Positions 24,024 through 31,995 of a DNA stretch of 32,000 bases are shown here, in pieces (within the stretch, counting starts at the first letter, position 1; each line of letters begins with the position of its first letter). The notes under the pieces are model-generated. The model saw only the letters and a program-made list of their open reading frames with translations, did no database searches and had not been told where the DNA came from. Location of the stretch: positions 60,001 to 92,000 of the forward strand of contig JAQVDW010000005.1 in assembly GCA_028698185.1 (NCBI GenBank). The letters run 5' to 3'. Made by a program: the position numbers and the translations under genes. This DNA comes from Erysipelotrichaceae bacterium. GTDB lineage: Bacteria > Bacillota_I > Bacilli_A > Erysipelotrichales > Coprobacillaceae.

Positions 24024-24944
24024 ATGGAATTTTACAGCAATTATTGTCAGAAAAAAAATAAAAGTCAAAATTATCCGAGTTTGGAACAGAGAGTCAAAAC
24101 TGTTCGGGAATTGCTTGAAGAGGCCGAGTATGTTGTCATCGGGGCCGGTTCGGGTTTGTCGTCGGCGGCCGGTCTTGACTTTGGCGGCGAGCGGTTTGAA
24201 AAATATATGGGCGAATTCGGATCAAGGTATGGCTATCATGACATGTATAGCGGTGATTTTTACAACTACCAGACGCGTGAGGAATTCTGGGCGTTCGAGG
24301 CCAAGACAATCCTGGTTAACCGCTATGAGGTGCCCGGTTTGAAACTGTATCACAAGTTGTTTGACTTGATCAAGGATAAAAACCATTTCGTGATCACAAC
24401 CAATGTCGAAAGCCAGTTTGCCAAATCGGGATTCGATTCCAATCGCATCTTCGCGACCCAGGGTGATTACAGCAAGCTTCAATGTGGTGGCGCCTGCCAC
24501 GACACCCTGTATGACAATGAAAAGTTGGTCAAAGAAATGGTTGCCAAGACAAGAGACTGTGCCATCCCGACTGAACTGATTCCCAAATGTCCGATATGCC
24601 ATAGGGAAATGAAGGTCAACTTGCGCAGCGATGGCTACTTTGTCGAAGACAAATCATGGCATGAGGCCTGCAGCCGCTATGAATCATTCATCAGCTCCAT
24701 CAATAAGGCACCGGTGGTTTATCTGGAATTCGGGGTCGGCTACAATACGCCGGGCATCATCCGCTATCCCTTCGAACGCTTCACATACGCCAACCCCAAC
24801 GCCCATCTAATCCGCTTCAACCGGGACTATCCCGAAGGAATCACTGAAAACAAAGACAAGACGATCGGTTTCACCGAGGATATGAATATGGTCCTCGCCA
24901 TGTTATTCGAACCGACAAAAGGAGAACAGGAAAATGAGCTTTAA
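24024..24944 (+). CDS. Sir2-family protein, class-M-like sirtuin (probable NAD-dependent protein ADP-ribosyltransferase, SirTM type)
   Basis: It has the NAD-binding loop VIGAGSGLSSAAGLDF and Zn-ribbon Cys pairs CGGAC and CPIC. FATQGDYSKLQC occupies the position of the canonical sirtuin xxHG motif, so Gln replaces the catalytic His. ATG 24024 is preferred because GGAAGGAG lies 8 nt upstream; the ORF-track ATG 24006 is also possible. Confidence 0.75.
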   Translation: MEFYSNYCQKKNKSQNYPSLEQRVKTVRELLEEAEYVVIGAGSGLSSAAGLDFGGERFEKYMGEFGSRYGYHDMYSGDFYNYQTREEFWAFEAKTILVNRYEVPGLKLYHKLFDLIKDKNHFVITTNVESQFAKSGFDSNRIFATQGDYSKLQCGGACHDTLYDNEKLVKEMVAKTRDCAIPTELIPKCPICHREMKVNLRSDGYFVEDKSWHEACSRYESFISSINKAPVVYLEFGVGYNTPGIIRYPFERFTYANPNAHLIRFNRDYPEGITENKDKTIGFTEDMNMVLAMLFEPTKGEQENEL

Positions 24945-25473
24945 AGAAATAGGAATTGAAGAATTGGAAATAAACCCGATGACAATGATCGGAGGCGACT
25001 GGTGGTTGATCAGTGCTGGTAATGAACAAAATGGTTACAATGCGATGACGGCCTCATGGGGGCATCTAGGCGCAATCTGGGAAAGACCTGAAGGCAAAGC
25101 CCACATGGGATTGCCGACTGCCTGTGTCTATTTGCGCCCGCAACGCTATACCAAGGAATATCTTGAGCGCGAGGACATTTTCACACTGAGTGTGTTCGAA
25201 AGCAATCACAAAAGGGCCCTAGGCTACCTTGGCAGCCACAGCGGCCGCAATGAAGATAAAATCGCCAATGCCAACCTGACACCAGTATTCGATCAGGGCA
25301 CAATCTACTATGAACAGGCTAAAATGGTCTTTGTCTGCAAGAAGATCTACAATGCCCCATTGCAAGAAAGCGGCTTTGTCGATACCAGCCTGGTTGAAAA
25401 CAACTACCCGAAAAAAGATTTCCACGAAATGTATATCGGAGAAATTGTCAAAGTCCTGGTCAAGAATGACTGA
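24934..25473 (+). CDS. Flavin reductase-like (FMN-binding split-barrel) protein
   Basis: It is 179 aa, and ...NPMTMIGGDWWLISAGNEQNGYNAMTASWG... is typical of the flavin-reductase-like domain family. It overlaps the sirtuin gene end by 11 nt. Confidence 0.75.
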   Translation: MSFKEIGIEELEINPMTMIGGDWWLISAGNEQNGYNAMTASWGHLGAIWERPEGKAHMGLPTACVYLRPQRYTKEYLEREDIFTLSVFESNHKRALGYLGSHSGRNEDKIANANLTPVFDQGTIYYEQAKMVFVCKKIYNAPLQESGFVDTSLVENNYPKKDFHEMYIGEIVKVLVKND

Positions 25474-26203
25474 TGATTTGGATAACTTGACTCAAGAGCT
25501 CAACGATTTCGTCCAGGAAAAAGGGATCGATATTTTCGGGATCGGGGATGTCGACTATCTCAACCAGATGGCCCGACCCGGCCGCCGGCTAGAAGATCTG
25601 TTTCCCGGTGGCCAGGCGGTGTTGATCTTTGGCTGTGGCATAGACCATTCCCTGGCGCGGGCTTGGGTCAAATCCGGAAGAGGAAAATATCTGACTCTGA
25701 CGATGACTGCCTTGGAAAACCGTAAGTGGCTGATCAAGGATTTTCTTGCTAGAAAAGGCTACCGCACATTCGGGGGTGAATTTCACGGCGGAGGAATTTG
25801 GGAAACCGGAATCCGTCTGGGAGAAGCCGGAGCCAGTGCCGGTCTGGGCTACATTGGCAAAAACAATATGCTTATCACTCCCAAATACGGACCCCGGGTC
25901 AACCTGGCGTACCTGGTCACCGATGCCCCGCTGCAAACGACAGTGGTCACTCCCAAAAATGAATGTGGCACCTGTGCGATCTGCGAAAAATATTGCACCA
26001 GCAAGGCGATTTTAGGTGATGGTTATTTCCATGGCCGGGCCTGCGAGAGTGTCATCAACTGCATGGCAAACAAGATCCACCTGACCAGTCAGGTCACGAT
26101 GGATTGCGATATGTGTCAAAGGATGTGTCCCCAAGGGGAAATCAAATATTCAAAAATAGAACGTCAGGGTACCTGGTGGGACAAATTGGAGCAATATCAA
26201 TGA
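25466..26203 (+). CDS. Epoxyqueuosine-reductase (QueG)-like 2x[4Fe-4S] protein
   Basis: It has GLGYIGKNNMLITPKYGPRVNLAYLVTDAPL, then CGTCAICEKYC and CDMCQRMCP ferredoxin-type motifs. I place the start at ATG 25466 (ATGACTGA overlap with the upstream stop). The ORF-track start at 25310 lies inside the previous gene. Confidence 0.7.
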   Translation: MTDDLDNLTQELNDFVQEKGIDIFGIGDVDYLNQMARPGRRLEDLFPGGQAVLIFGCGIDHSLARAWVKSGRGKYLTLTMTALENRKWLIKDFLARKGYRTFGGEFHGGGIWETGIRLGEAGASAGLGYIGKNNMLITPKYGPRVNLAYLVTDAPLQTTVVTPKNECGTCAICEKYCTSKAILGDGYFHGRACESVINCMANKIHLTSQVTMDCDMCQRMCPQGEIKYSKIERQGTWWDKLEQYQ

Positions 26204-26927
26204 AAGCGAACTGGAAAATCCGCAGGCTGCCCAAAGACTTGGCTATCCTGGAAAAATATCTTGAAAAGACCCCAAAGCAGCAGGAACGCCGCGAGCTGAC
26301 GATGCTTGTCTAGGAGGCGGCTTTTGCCAAGGGAATCGAGCTTTTCCACATCCGTGATCTCAGCTGCGGATCGCAGGACATTGATTTTGGATGGGACTTT
26401 CCTCATGCCCATGCGGTTGTTTACCTGGGCATGGTGGTCAAGGACCCATTTCTACTGAGTTGCCAGTCGGTTCCCGGGAACAAGACCGGACTGTATTCGA
26501 TCGCAGCTTTGCAAGTGGAAAATTACCTTTGGGAATTTGCCGGGATCCTTGAGCTTCAAGGCTACCGGGTCAAAAAAATGGTTGGAATACCCGACCTGAT
26601 TTCCAGTTCGCCAAGGCCCTGGCCAACAGCGGCAGGGGGATGGTTGGGAAAAACGGCCGCTATTTGATTGGTGATTTTGGTTGCAAAGTCTGTCTTGGCT
26701 ATCTGGTTACCGATGCCCCGCTCCAGGGGGACGATTACCGGGATACCCAAGTAGTGCTGACCAATCCCTGTCAAAACTGCACTGTCTGCCTTGATGTCTG
26801 CCCAACCCAGGCCATCTTGCCAGGTCACATCGATCAAGACAAGTGCCTGGAAGGATGTCTTGCCTGCATGGAACATTGCCTGGCATCCCAAATAAGATGG
26901 GAAAAACTGCCTTGTGGCGAATTATGA
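26200..26927 (+). pseudogene. Second QueG-like 2x[4Fe-4S] paralog, disrupted by an in-frame TAG and a frameshift
   Basis: The frame from ATG 26200 is interrupted only by TAG 26311-26313 and stays open to 26667. The downstream frame (open from ~26580, ORF-track 26640-26927) continues the homology: FQFAKALANSGRGMVGKNGRYLIGDFGCKVCLGYLVTDAPL, CQNCTVCLDVCP, CLEGCLACMEHC. It is colinear with the paralog at 25466-26203. The frameshift is near 26590-26600. Confidence 0.6.
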
Positions 26928-26948
26928 CAGATTGAAGGAGAAAAGCTG

Positions 26949-27791
26949 ATGGAAAACCTGACCCAAAACCAACGACTGGATTGTCTGATTGACTGGCTCA
27001 AAGGGGAGTCTTATCATTACCGCAATTTGAAAGTCGATGGCGATCATGAAAAAAAGAAAGCAACCCTCAGGGCGTTGATGAATATCCGGATGCCCCGGAA
27101 TGTCCCGATGTCAATCATGACCATCCAGGATGAATATTTGCAACAAGAACGCCAAGCCACAGGTGTCGTCGGCCCTGATGCCATTCCTTCAATCGAAGAA
27201 ACATTAGGATCTGAATTGCCGTTTGGTTCCAAACTGGCCTTATGGCAGGGGGACATCACCACCCTGGAAGTCGATGCGATCGTCAATGCCGCAAACAACC
27301 AGCTGCTGGGCTGTTTCATTCCCAATCATCACTGCATCGACAACGCGATCCATTCCGGTGCGGGAATGGCCTTGCGGCTGGAGTGCGCCAATTACATGAA
27401 CAGCAGGCAAAAAATCCACGGCGACCAATATCTGGAGCCAACCGGTCAGGCAATGATCACCAATGGCTACAATCTCGCAGCTTCGTATGTGATTCATACA
27501 GTCGGCCCGATTGTCACCGGAAAGCTCGAAAATAGCCACCGCATCGCATTGAAAAGCTGTTATCACAACGTGCTGGAACGGGCCCGGGAAAATGGGCTAC
27601 GGACCTTGGCGTTGTGTTGCATCTCGACCGGGGAATACCATTTCCCCAATCTCGAAGCAGCCCATATCGCTGTGGCAACTGTCCGCGATTACCTGGAAAA
27701 TCACGGTGACTGTTTCGATTTGATCATCTTCAACGTGTTCAAGGACCAGGATTATGAATGTTACAAGAATGTACTGTCGTCAATGAAATAG
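26949..27791 (+). CDS. Macrodomain protein, protein-ADP-ribose hydrolase (sirtuin-linked type with N-terminal extension)
   Basis: The macro core is LALWQGDITTLEVDAIVNAANNQLLGCFIPNHHCIDNAIHSGAG ... YVIHTVGP ... ISTGEY. It is preceded by a ~90-aa extension. GAAGGAG lies upstream. Confidence 0.85.
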   Translation: MENLTQNQRLDCLIDWLKGESYHYRNLKVDGDHEKKKATLRALMNIRMPRNVPMSIMTIQDEYLQQERQATGVVGPDAIPSIEETLGSELPFGSKLALWQGDITTLEVDAIVNAANNQLLGCFIPNHHCIDNAIHSGAGMALRLECANYMNSRQKIHGDQYLEPTGQAMITNGYNLAASYVIHTVGPIVTGKLENSHRIALKSCYHNVLERARENGLRTLALCCISTGEYHFPNLEAAHIAVATVRDYLENHGDCFDLIIFNVFKDQDYECYKNVLSSMK

Positions 27792-27803
27792 GAGGATTCG
27801 GAC

Positions 27804-28412
27804 ATGGATTTCATCGATATTTCCAAAAAGCGCCAGACCGTGCGCAAGTTTTCCAATGAACCGGTCGAACCAGAAAAACTGGAAAAAATATTGGAGGCGG
27901 GAAGGTGGGCACCTACGGCTGTCAATGGCCAACCCCAGCGGATTCTTGTCCTGGACAATCCCGAGAACCTCATGAAGGTGAAGCAGTTCTGCAGTTTTGG
28001 CTATGACCAGAAGTATGTCGATCTGGCCCATGAGTGCGACGATTCGAAAAACGGGAAAATCAACTTGTACTATGGAGCCCCGCTGGTTCTGTTTGTCTGC
28101 TATGACCAGGATGCCTGCTGGAGACATCCCCAGACCGGAGAGAGTTCCGGAGCGACCGATGCGACAATCGTCGCCACCCATCTGATGCTTGAGGCGGCCA
28201 GTTTGAATCTTGGCAGCGTGTGGATCAGCTATTTTGATGAAACCAAAGCCCGGGAATTGTTGAACATTCCCAAGCAGTGGCAACCCGTATGCATGCTGTA
28301 TATCGGCTATCCGGCCGCGGATTTTGTGCCCAACACCCATCTAGGAGGCAAACGCCTGCCAATCGGGAAAACCTGTTTTTACAACGGGGTTCCCGGGCAA
28401 CACAATTCGTGA
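27804..28412 (+). CDS. Nitroreductase-family FMN oxidoreductase (second copy in the window)
   Basis: It has KKRQTVRKFSNEPVEPEKLEKILEAGRWAPTAVNGQPQRILVL and is 202 aa. AGGAGG lies upstream, 12 nt after the macro gene stop. Confidence 0.85.
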   Translation: MDFIDISKKRQTVRKFSNEPVEPEKLEKILEAGRWAPTAVNGQPQRILVLDNPENLMKVKQFCSFGYDQKYVDLAHECDDSKNGKINLYYGAPLVLFVCYDQDACWRHPQTGESSGATDATIVATHLMLEAASLNLGSVWISYFDETKARELLNIPKQWQPVCMLYIGYPAADFVPNTHLGGKRLPIGKTCFYNGVPGQHNS

Positions 28413-28538
28413 ATCAACAATCGCCCAGCCGGGCCATGAAATATCTTGACCTGGCTAAATTTAATTAAGTCTACTTTTTGCGCTCTGGACTCGAATCAAG
28501 AGCGCAATAATCAACTGGAAAATACAGGAGGAACAATT

Positions 28539-29759
28539 ATGGAACAGGAATTCAATATGACAGAACTGAACCGAACGAAACAAAAATTTTTAGGTGAGCG
28601 GGGCTTTGTCGGGTTCATCGCCTTTCTGGGAGCTTTTATCCCGCTGTCAACCGATATCTATTTGCCGGCGATGCCTGGCATGGTTGCCAATTTGAATACG
28701 ACAATCTCCCTGGTAAATCTGACCCTGGTGCTGTTTTTCGTCTTTTATGCGATCGGCACCTTGTTCTGGGGGCCGCTAAGCGACAAATATGGCCGCAAGC
28801 CAGTTTTGCTTGTGGGGCTTGGCATCTATCTTGTTTCCAGTGTCTTATGTGCGATGGCCTGGAATGTTTATGTCCTGATCGCCTTTAGGATTTTCCAGGC
28901 GATCGGTTGCGGGGCGGCCACGGCGGTTTCCACAGCGATGATCAAGGACACGTTTGAAGGAGCCAAGCGAGTCAAAATCCTGGCGATTGTCCAAACGATG
29001 GCTACAACTTCGCCAATCGTCTCTCCGGTTATCGGGGCCTTCATTTTAAGTGCCATTTCCTGGCGGGGGGCTTTCATTTTTCTGGCCCTGATTGGAGCTT
29101 TGAGCGTTCTGGGCGCCTTGGTCATGCAGGAGACGAATAATTCAAAATCCCAAGAGAAGATTTTCAAAACTATCGGTCGGCTGGGAGTCGTGGCCAAAAA
29201 CAAAGCTTTCATGTCTTTGCTATTGATGTTCTCATTGTTGAACGTGGCGTTCATGTCTTTTATCACGGCCTCTTCATTCATCTATGTTGACGGTTTCGGG
29301 GTCAGTGAACAAATGTACAGTTATTACTTCTCGGCCAATGCGGTTTTCCTGCTTTTAGGTCCAATGGTCTATCTGTTTTTGGCAAGATTCATTTCCACCA
29401 AGAACCTAATCAAGATCGCCTATTCAATTATCGTCTTGAGTGGAATCATGGTGGTTACCATCGGAACGAAATCACCGCTGTTGTTTTGTCTGGCTTTGAT
29501 TCCGGCTTCTCTTGCTGGCAATATGATCGGACCACCGCGGACCAATCTGATGATCGAACAGGTTGATGGGGATACTGGAGCTGCTTCGTCTTTGATCAAT
29601 GGCGTGTTTACAATATTCGGCAGCTTCGGAATGCTTTTGATTTCCTTCAATTTTGTCGACAAGATTATTTTGATGGGAAGCATGTACATCCTGGCGGGAA
29701 CAATAACATTGGCAGCCTGGATTATCTTGGCACGTAAATCATACATCATACAAAATTAA
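28539..29759 (+). CDS. MFS drug/metabolite efflux transporter, Bcr/CflA-like
   Basis: It is a 12-TM profile protein. LGAFIPLSTDIYLPAMPGM and GPLSDKYGRKPVLL are typical of the Bcr/CflA subfamily. I place the start at ATG 28539 after CAGGAGGA. The ORF-track start at 28446 has no RBS. Confidence 0.85.
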   Translation: MEQEFNMTELNRTKQKFLGERGFVGFIAFLGAFIPLSTDIYLPAMPGMVANLNTTISLVNLTLVLFFVFYAIGTLFWGPLSDKYGRKPVLLVGLGIYLVSSVLCAMAWNVYVLIAFRIFQAIGCGAATAVSTAMIKDTFEGAKRVKILAIVQTMATTSPIVSPVIGAFILSAISWRGAFIFLALIGALSVLGALVMQETNNSKSQEKIFKTIGRLGVVAKNKAFMSLLLMFSLLNVAFMSFITASSFIYVDGFGVSEQMYSYYFSANAVFLLLGPMVYLFLARFISTKNLIKIAYSIIVLSGIMVVTIGTKSPLLFCLALIPASLAGNMIGPPRTNLMIEQVDGDTGAASSLINGVFTIFGSFGMLLISFNFVDKIILMGSMYILAGTITLAAWIILARKSYIIQN

Positions 29760-29771
29760 AGTAAAATATGC

Positions 29772-29802
29772 TTGACTGGAGTTGACTTCAATGCCGTATG
29801 AT
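29772..29802 (+). promoter_or_regulatory. Third MerR-type promoter (19-nt spacer) with an operator related to the 3064-3079 palindrome
   Basis: TTGACT (29772-29777), 19 nt, TATGAT (29797-29802). TGGAGTTGACTTCA (29777-29790) matches TGGAGTCGACTCCA at 12/14 positions. Confidence 0.5.
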
Positions 29803-29824
29803 TGAATGTAGGAGGAATATTAAG

Positions 29825-30943
29825 ATGACTTATACATTTGACGACATTAAAAAATTAGGCTTCGGTCTGATGCGGCTGCCTAAAATCGGCGATGCGATTG
29901 ATATCGAACAAACCAAAGTTATGGTTGATGACTTTCTGGCAGCGGGATTCACGTACTTCGATACGGCCTGGGCCTACAGTGGCTCCGAAGATGCCATCCG
30001 GCAGGCTTTGGTGGAACGTTATCCCAGGGATGCTTTCCAGCTGGCGACCAAGAATGCGGCCTGGATCAATTGCAAAAACCGGGAAGAAGCGATTGATCAG
30101 TTTGAAACTTCACTTCGACAAACCGGAGCTGGTTATTTCGATTTCTACCTGCTCCACAACCTGGGAGAATCAAGAACCCATTTCTTCGATGATTTCGACA
30201 TGTGGACTTTCGTTCAGGAGAAAAAAGCTCAAGGGCTGATCAAGCATGTCGGTTTCTCGTTCCATTCGACTCCCGAAGAATTGGAAGAAATCCTGATCGC
30301 CCATCCGGAGGTCGAATTCGTCCAACTTCAGATCAACTATGCCGACTGGGAAAATCCGGCAATCCAATCCCGGGCTTGTTATGAAATGGCCCGCAAATAC
30401 AACAAGGCGGTAATCGCCATGGAACCGGTCAAAGGAGGCATGCTCGCCAACCCTCCCCAACCCGTGGCCGAAGTTTTCCAGGATGCCAATCCTGAAGCTT
30501 CACTGGCTTCGTGGGCGATCAAGTTCGCGGCCAATCTTGATGGGGTGGTTACTGTCCTTTCGGGAATGAGCGACGTTGAACAGATGGCTGACAATCTGGA
30601 TTACATGAAGGATTTCACCAAATTGGATGAAGGTGAAATGGCAGTCATTGCCAAAGCCCAGGAAGAACTGGCCAGAATCGACATCATCCCATGTACGACT
30701 TGTGATTACTGTGCTAAGGTCTGTCCGATGAATATCGGAATTTCCGGTTCATTCACGGCCATGAACATGATGATTGTCTATGGTGACAAGGCCAAAGCCA
30801 AACAACAGGAAAACTGGCTAGTTACCCGCCATGACAAGCAACAGGCAAGCGAGTGCATCAAGTGCGGTCTTTGCGAGGAAGTCTGCCCCCAACATATCAA
30901 AATCCGCGACCAGTTGGATCGCGTAGTTGCAAAATTGCTTTAA
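29825..30943 (+). CDS. Aldo/keto reductase fused to a C-terminal 2x[4Fe-4S] ferredoxin-like domain (intact paralog of the 1555-2748 remnant)
   Basis: The AKR N-terminus has LGFGLMRLP, YFDTAWAY and LATK. The C-terminus has CTTCDYCAKVCP and CIKCGLCEEVCP. I place the start at ATG 29825 after AGGAGG (29810-29815). It is 372 aa. Confidence 0.85.
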   Translation: MTYTFDDIKKLGFGLMRLPKIGDAIDIEQTKVMVDDFLAAGFTYFDTAWAYSGSEDAIRQALVERYPRDAFQLATKNAAWINCKNREEAIDQFETSLRQTGAGYFDFYLLHNLGESRTHFFDDFDMWTFVQEKKAQGLIKHVGFSFHSTPEELEEILIAHPEVEFVQLQINYADWENPAIQSRACYEMARKYNKAVIAMEPVKGGMLANPPQPVAEVFQDANPEASLASWAIKFAANLDGVVTVLSGMSDVEQMADNLDYMKDFTKLDEGEMAVIAKAQEELARIDIIPCTTCDYCAKVCPMNIGISGSFTAMNMMIVYGDKAKAKQQENWLVTRHDKQQASECIKCGLCEEVCPQHIKIRDQLDRVVAKLL

Positions 30944-30970
30944 GAGTTGGAATCCCAACTCTTTTTTTTT
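30942..30970 (+). terminator. Intrinsic terminator
   Basis: AAGAGTTGG-aatc-CCAACTCTT followed by a T-run extending to 30970. Confidence 0.8.
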
Positions 30971-31080
30971 GTATTTCAATTCTACATAACCAAAAACAAC
31001 TTTGTCAGTTGTCATATCGTTTTGCGACTGCGACCGCCAATGATTTCAACCAATGGTGTTTGATGAATTTTGATTTCCAC

Positions 31081-31105
31081 AAAAAAACGCCACCTTGTGG
31101 GGCGT
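31081..31105 (-). terminator. Weak intrinsic terminator of the LysR gene
   Basis: The minus strand reads ACGCC-ccacaaggt-GGCGT followed by TTTTTTT. The stem is only 5 bp. Confidence 0.4.
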
Positions 31106-31131
31106 AAATGGAACCTTTAGTTGAATCACAT

Positions 31132-31995
31132 TCAAACTTTTTTCCAGTCGATATCTTTAATTTCTTGTTCGATAAACTCAAACAGTTTTCTTTTATCTTT
31201 ATGAAATACTGCATAATATTTCATCTTTGCAGCGTCGTCAGTAATGGGCACATTGACTCTATTGGTATCATTGTTGCGCAATATCGTAATGTCAGTTCTA
31301 AAATGAGGCAGTGCAGAAGCTTTTCTTATCTCATTGAACACTGTCTCATCATTTTGTGGCAACAGGTGTGAATCGGGCAGGTATTTCAGGTTTATTTCGT
31401 TCCAAACTCCTATTTTGGACATAAGCAAAATGCTTTCACCATTGAGTTCCTGAAACGAGACCTCTTTAAACATTGCCAGCGGATGAGCCGGTGGTACTGA
31501 CAGATAGAGTTTTTCGGTGAATAATTCAATGGATAGATAATCGTTATGTTCATATGGATGGTTGAGAACGATTATGTTATATTGATTGTTTTTTAACCCC
31601 TCAATCAACGAAGTATCCGAATTCCCAATTACGTCCTCAATGACCATACCAGGATATTTCTGTTTGAAGAGATAGGTAAGGGCCCAAATTGGTGCCGGTG
31701 CCAAAGAACCGATGGAAATTGTCGTTGCCATTCGATCAAATTCATAAAGCGCAGTTTTCATATTGTGAGCCATTTCCAGGATTTTCTTGGCGTGTTCATA
31801 GGCTAACTTCCCATTGTCGTTCAAAGTTATTTTATTTTTTTTTCGGTCGAAAAGTTCCACTTCCAAGGTTTCTTCCAGGTTTTTTAGCGAACGGGTTAAC
31901 GCCGGCTGAGAGACTAACAGAACCTCTGCGGCTTTGGATATGGTATTTTGCTCGACTATCGTAACGAAATAAAGTAATTGGCTAAGGTCAAACAT
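31132..31995 (-). CDS. LysR-family transcriptional regulator
   Basis: MFDLSQLLYFVTIVEQNTISKAAEVLLVSQPALTRSLKNLEE is a LysR HTH. It is 287 aa. Confidence 0.85.
   Translation of the reverse strand: MFDLSQLLYFVTIVEQNTISKAAEVLLVSQPALTRSLKNLEETLEVELFDRKKNKITLNDNGKLAYEHAKKILEMAHNMKTALYEFDRMATTISIGSLAPAPIWALTYLFKQKYPGMVIEDVIGNSDTSLIEGLKNNQYNIIVLNHPYEHNDYLSIELFTEKLYLSVPPAHPLAMFKEVSFQELNGESILLMSKIGVWNEINLKYLPDSHLLPQNDETVFNEIRKASALPHFRTDITILRNNDTNRVNVPITDDAAKMKYYAVFHKDKRKLFEFIEQEIKDIDWKKV

Noticed and set aside
24024-24944. The SIR2-domain protein as an anti-phage NADase effector (Thoeris ThsA, DSR, SIR2-HerA, SIR2-pAgo types).
   Set aside because: It is a small single-domain sirtuin with a Zn ribbon. 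It lacks SLOG, helicase, Argonaute or TIR partners, and it is co-operonic with a macrodomain and redox enzymes under an HxlR-type regulator. This fits the SirTM/macro stress-response paradigm rather than defence islands.
26311-26313. The in-frame TAG in the second QueG-like gene as a recoding event (pyrrolysine or programmed read-through).
   Set aside because: There are no pyl genes or PYLIS-like context in the window. The same gene also has a frameshift, and an intact paralog sits next door. Simple pseudogenisation or sequence error is more parsimonious.
28478-28505. The hairpin GCGCTCT-12 nt-AGAGCGC upstream of the MFS exporter gene as a terminator of the nitroreductase operon.
   Set aside because: The T-run precedes rather than follows the stem on the plus strand, and no minus-strand gene would use it. 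It could be a leader structure or operator, but I cannot support a specific call.
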